A DNA stretch of 63,966 nucleotides, the filler included, from Vicugna vicugna (taxonomy: Eukaryota), in NCBI GenBank assembly GCA_013265495.1. It is 81 parts of 81 records of this genome, joined end to end, with 100 filler letters (N's around TTAATTAATTAA, not from the genome) between each part and the next. Parts side by side here need not be neighbours in the genome. Positions count along the whole stretch, not along the records: positions 61,160 to 61,995 come from MU059512.1; positions 62,096 to 62,533 come from MU059513.1; positions 62,634 to 63,813 come from MU059514.1; positions 63,914 to 63,966 come from MU059526.1; 77 more parts are not named here. One strand, written 5' to 3'. Made by a program: the position numbers and the translations under genes. Position 1 is the first letter of the stretch; every line of letters begins with the position of its first letter. Positions 61,563 through 63,966 of the stretch are shown here, in pieces. The notes under the pieces are model-generated. The model searched no databases. It was given only the letters and a program-made list of their open reading frames with translations, and was not told where the DNA came from.

Positions 61563-61908
61563 GCCTGAAGGGGCTGATGAAGGGCAAGGAGAAGGCGAGG
61601 GCTGCAAAGGAGGAGAAGGAGAAGAGAACCCAGAGCCTAGGCCCCAGTCAGGTGTCTTAGGCCCCCGAGAAGAAGAGACCCAAGATTGATGAGCTCGAGG
61701 TGAGGGTCTGAAAGCAGATGCTGTCAGGGTTTGGGGGTCACACCTGGGGCACCAGGTGGCAGATGGGGCAAGATGGAGGTCCCCAAGGAGCTGGAGTCAG
61801 AGTTGGACAACTTCGAGGACTGGCTGCACACTTTCAACCTGCTGCGGGGCAAGATCAGGGATGATGGATGGCTCGACCGAGGAGGAGGGCATTGTGGGCC
61901 AGTTCAAG
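61563..61908 (+). pseudogene. OTOF: Otoferlin unprocessed pseudogene fragment: exon 61563-61699 and exon remnant ~61779-61908
   Basis: [45 protein letters not shown], then [42 protein letters not shown], matching OTOF just before the C2E domain. In-frame TAG at 61658-61660, 2-nt deletion near 61866, and no polypyrimidine acceptor before the second exon. Confidence 0.92.
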
Positions 61909-63214
61909 GTTGGGCAGGGAGTGTGGGTCCAGCCCCTGAGCCCCAGGCCTTGAGTCCTGAGCCCCTTACCAGCTCTTCTCCCCACCCCAGGCCCANNNNN
62001 NNNNNNNNNNNNNNNNNNNNNNNNNNNNNNNNNNNNNNNTTAATTAATTAANNNNNNNNNNNNNNNNNNNNNNNNNNNNNNNNNNNNNNNNNNNNTCTTT
62101 GTAAATTTTTCAGTCAATAAGCACCACTAGAGAAAAACAACCAATATCATTAGCAATGATTGGACTTTCAAAGCCCATTCCTATTTTGCACTATAATCAT
62201 TTTTAATGTTTTTTTTTTTGTGTTTACATAGCACTAATATAAAGAAAACATAAACTATTTAAGTCATTACCAGAATAAAANNNNNNNNNNNNNNNNNNNN
62301 NNNNNNNNNNNNNNNNNNNNNNNNNNNNNNNNNNNNNNNNNNNNNNNNNNNNNNNNNNNNNNNNNNNNNNNNNNNNNNNNNNNNNNNNNNNNNNNNNNNN
62401 NNNNNNNNNGTTCGGGTTAACCACCCACCGGAAGGCTGATTGAAGAGAAAATTAAGAAGCATCCTGGGCAGCCTGGATTCCAGCACCCAGCTAGCCACCA
62501 CCAGCTGCGTGTGATTTGGGACAAGCTGCCCCANNNNNNNNNNNNNNNNNNNNNNNNNNNNNNNNNNNNNNNNNNNNTTAATTAATTAANNNNNNNNNNN
62601 NNNNNNNNNNNNNNNNNNNNNNNNNNNNNNNNNAATGTCTAGGAAAATTTGTCCTCACAGAAATCCCTTGCAGTTTTGCAGAGCCAAGATTCTAAAATTT
62701 TCACTTAAACAAGCCCTAGAATTCTACATTAGATACCTGAAATTACCTGACCAGTAGAGATGAAGAAATACAGTAAAAGGAAAAGGAAGTACCATTTTCA
62801 GTTCCAAAGAGATTGANNNNNNNNNNNNNNNNNNNNNNNNNNNNNNNNNNNNNNNNNNNNNNNNNNNNNNNNNNNNNNNNNNNNNNNNNNNNNNNNNNNN
62901 NNNNNNNNNNNNNNNNNNNNNNNNNNNNNNNNNNNNNNNNNNNNNNNNNNNNNNNNNNNNNNNNNNNNNNNNNNNNNNNNNNNNNNNNNNNNNNNNNNNN
63001 NNNNNNNNNNNNNNNNNNNNNNNNNNNNNNNNNNNNNNNNNNNNNNNNNNNNNNNNNNNNNNNNNNNNNNNNNNNNNNNNNNNNNNNNNNNNNNNNNNNN
63101 NNNNNNNNNNNNNNNNNNNNNNNNNNNNNNNNNNNNNNNNNNNNNNNNNNNNNNNNNNNNNNNNNNNNNNNNNNNNNNNNNNNNNNNNNNNNNNNNNNNN
63201 NNNNNNNNNNNNNN

Positions 63215-63813
63215 AAACAAACAAGAAAAGTTATGTGTAGAAAAATCAGACTGAAATTTGCTGAAAGCCAAGATAGAATCATCTAGGCGAATTCAGGAAG
63301 TACACAGCATCCAAATGAGGTGGAAACCCAATAGACTTAGCAGCAGCTCTATGATCCAAATCAAAAAAGTTCATGAGCATCCCAGTGATTTAAAATGCGC
63401 CTGGAGGAAAGCAACATATTCACAAGAGAACCTCCAGAGGGGTTTCAGCTGCTATCTCAGCAGCAATATTGCAGGACAGGGAGGAGTGCCAGGACATAGA
63501 CCATAGCTTGAATGGAAAAATGCTGCCATCTAGGGTAGCCTATGCCACATGACCACCATTTCTAATAACAGTAGAGCTAGAGCAATCCACAGACCACCAC
63601 AGACCTGCAAATCTTAAAAGAATTCAGCAGTTCGAAACTTATCCTAAAAGAAAGGTTGAGAATTCTCCCCTGAAGGGATAAGCAGCAAGATGAAATGGAA
63701 AGAAGAAAACCCTTATTGGAAATGCAAGAAGAGCATGAGTGGAAATGAGGAAACAAAAAAAGGCAAGAAGGACATCAAAACCCTAAATATGGGAGAGGGA
63801 AGCAGGAAATCAT
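63215..63813 (+). mobile_element. Degenerate LINE-1 ORF1 3' half
   Basis: AACCCAATAGAC, CAGCTGCTATCTCAGCAG, AAAAGAATTCAGCA...ATCCTAAAAGAAA.GTTGA resemble the ORF1 C-terminal region. Confidence 0.6.
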
Positions 63814-63913
63814 NNNNNNNNNNNNNNNNNNNNNNNNNNNNNNNNNNNNNNNNNNNNTTAATTAATTAANNNNNNNNNNNNNNNNNNNNNNNNNNNNNNN
63901 NNNNNNNNNNNNN

Positions 63914-63966
63914 TGGGGAAATTTGGAGCCCCACTCCACGCAGATGAATATGTGCTCAGGTGTTTC
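63914..63966 (-). repeat. Satellite B fragment at window end
   Basis: GCCCCACTCCAC.CAGATGAAT matches 4808-4829 and 27336-27358. Confidence 0.7.

Noticed and set aside
56105..61908. HMCN2, GPR158 and OTOF as a physical gene cluster
   Set aside because: They lie on separate scaffolds divided by linkers; adjacency is an artefact.
3831..63286. Long ORFs containing X runs or ending in LIN/N
   Set aside because: They are open only because they run through N gaps and stop in the linker.
855..63869. Regularly recurring TTAATTAATTAA as a CRISPR-like repeat, piggyBac TTAA site or recombination signal
   Set aside because: Always embedded in exactly 44 Ns on each side, so it is a synthetic spacer; host sequence is mammalian and there are no cas genes.

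Overview
This window is not one locus. It is a chain of about 80 short (0.05-1.2 kb) unplaced mammalian scaffolds, each joined by an artificial 100-bp linker (N44-TTAATTAATTAA-N44, which has stops in all six frames), so neighbouring fragments are unrelated. The LINE-1 3' ends and satellites suggest a cetartiodactyl, most likely a camelid (inference from recalled repeat sequences). About a third of the fragments are satellite DNA in five classes that reduce to three families: (A) a TTC-anchored 7-mer satellite; (E/B) a 267-bp family with a homogeneous CpG-rich form E and a diverged multimeric form B; (C/D) a ~248-bp family with a homogeneous form C and a ~740-bp trimeric higher-order form D. 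The rest is LINE-1 debris, MaLR/ERV1 LTRs, an ERV pol remnant, MIR/MER5 fragments and microsatellites. There is also an old ND4L/ND4 NUMT, damaged intron-containing copies of OTOF and HMCN2 exons, a diverged GPR158 first exon, three unidentified candidate exons, a CpG-rich promoter-like piece and a ~525-bp segment found in two scaffolds. No CRISPR array, intact gene or new enzymatic system is supported. The most notable biology is the satellite architecture and the set of decayed gene duplicates. Gene and repeat names come from recalled sequences, not from searches.
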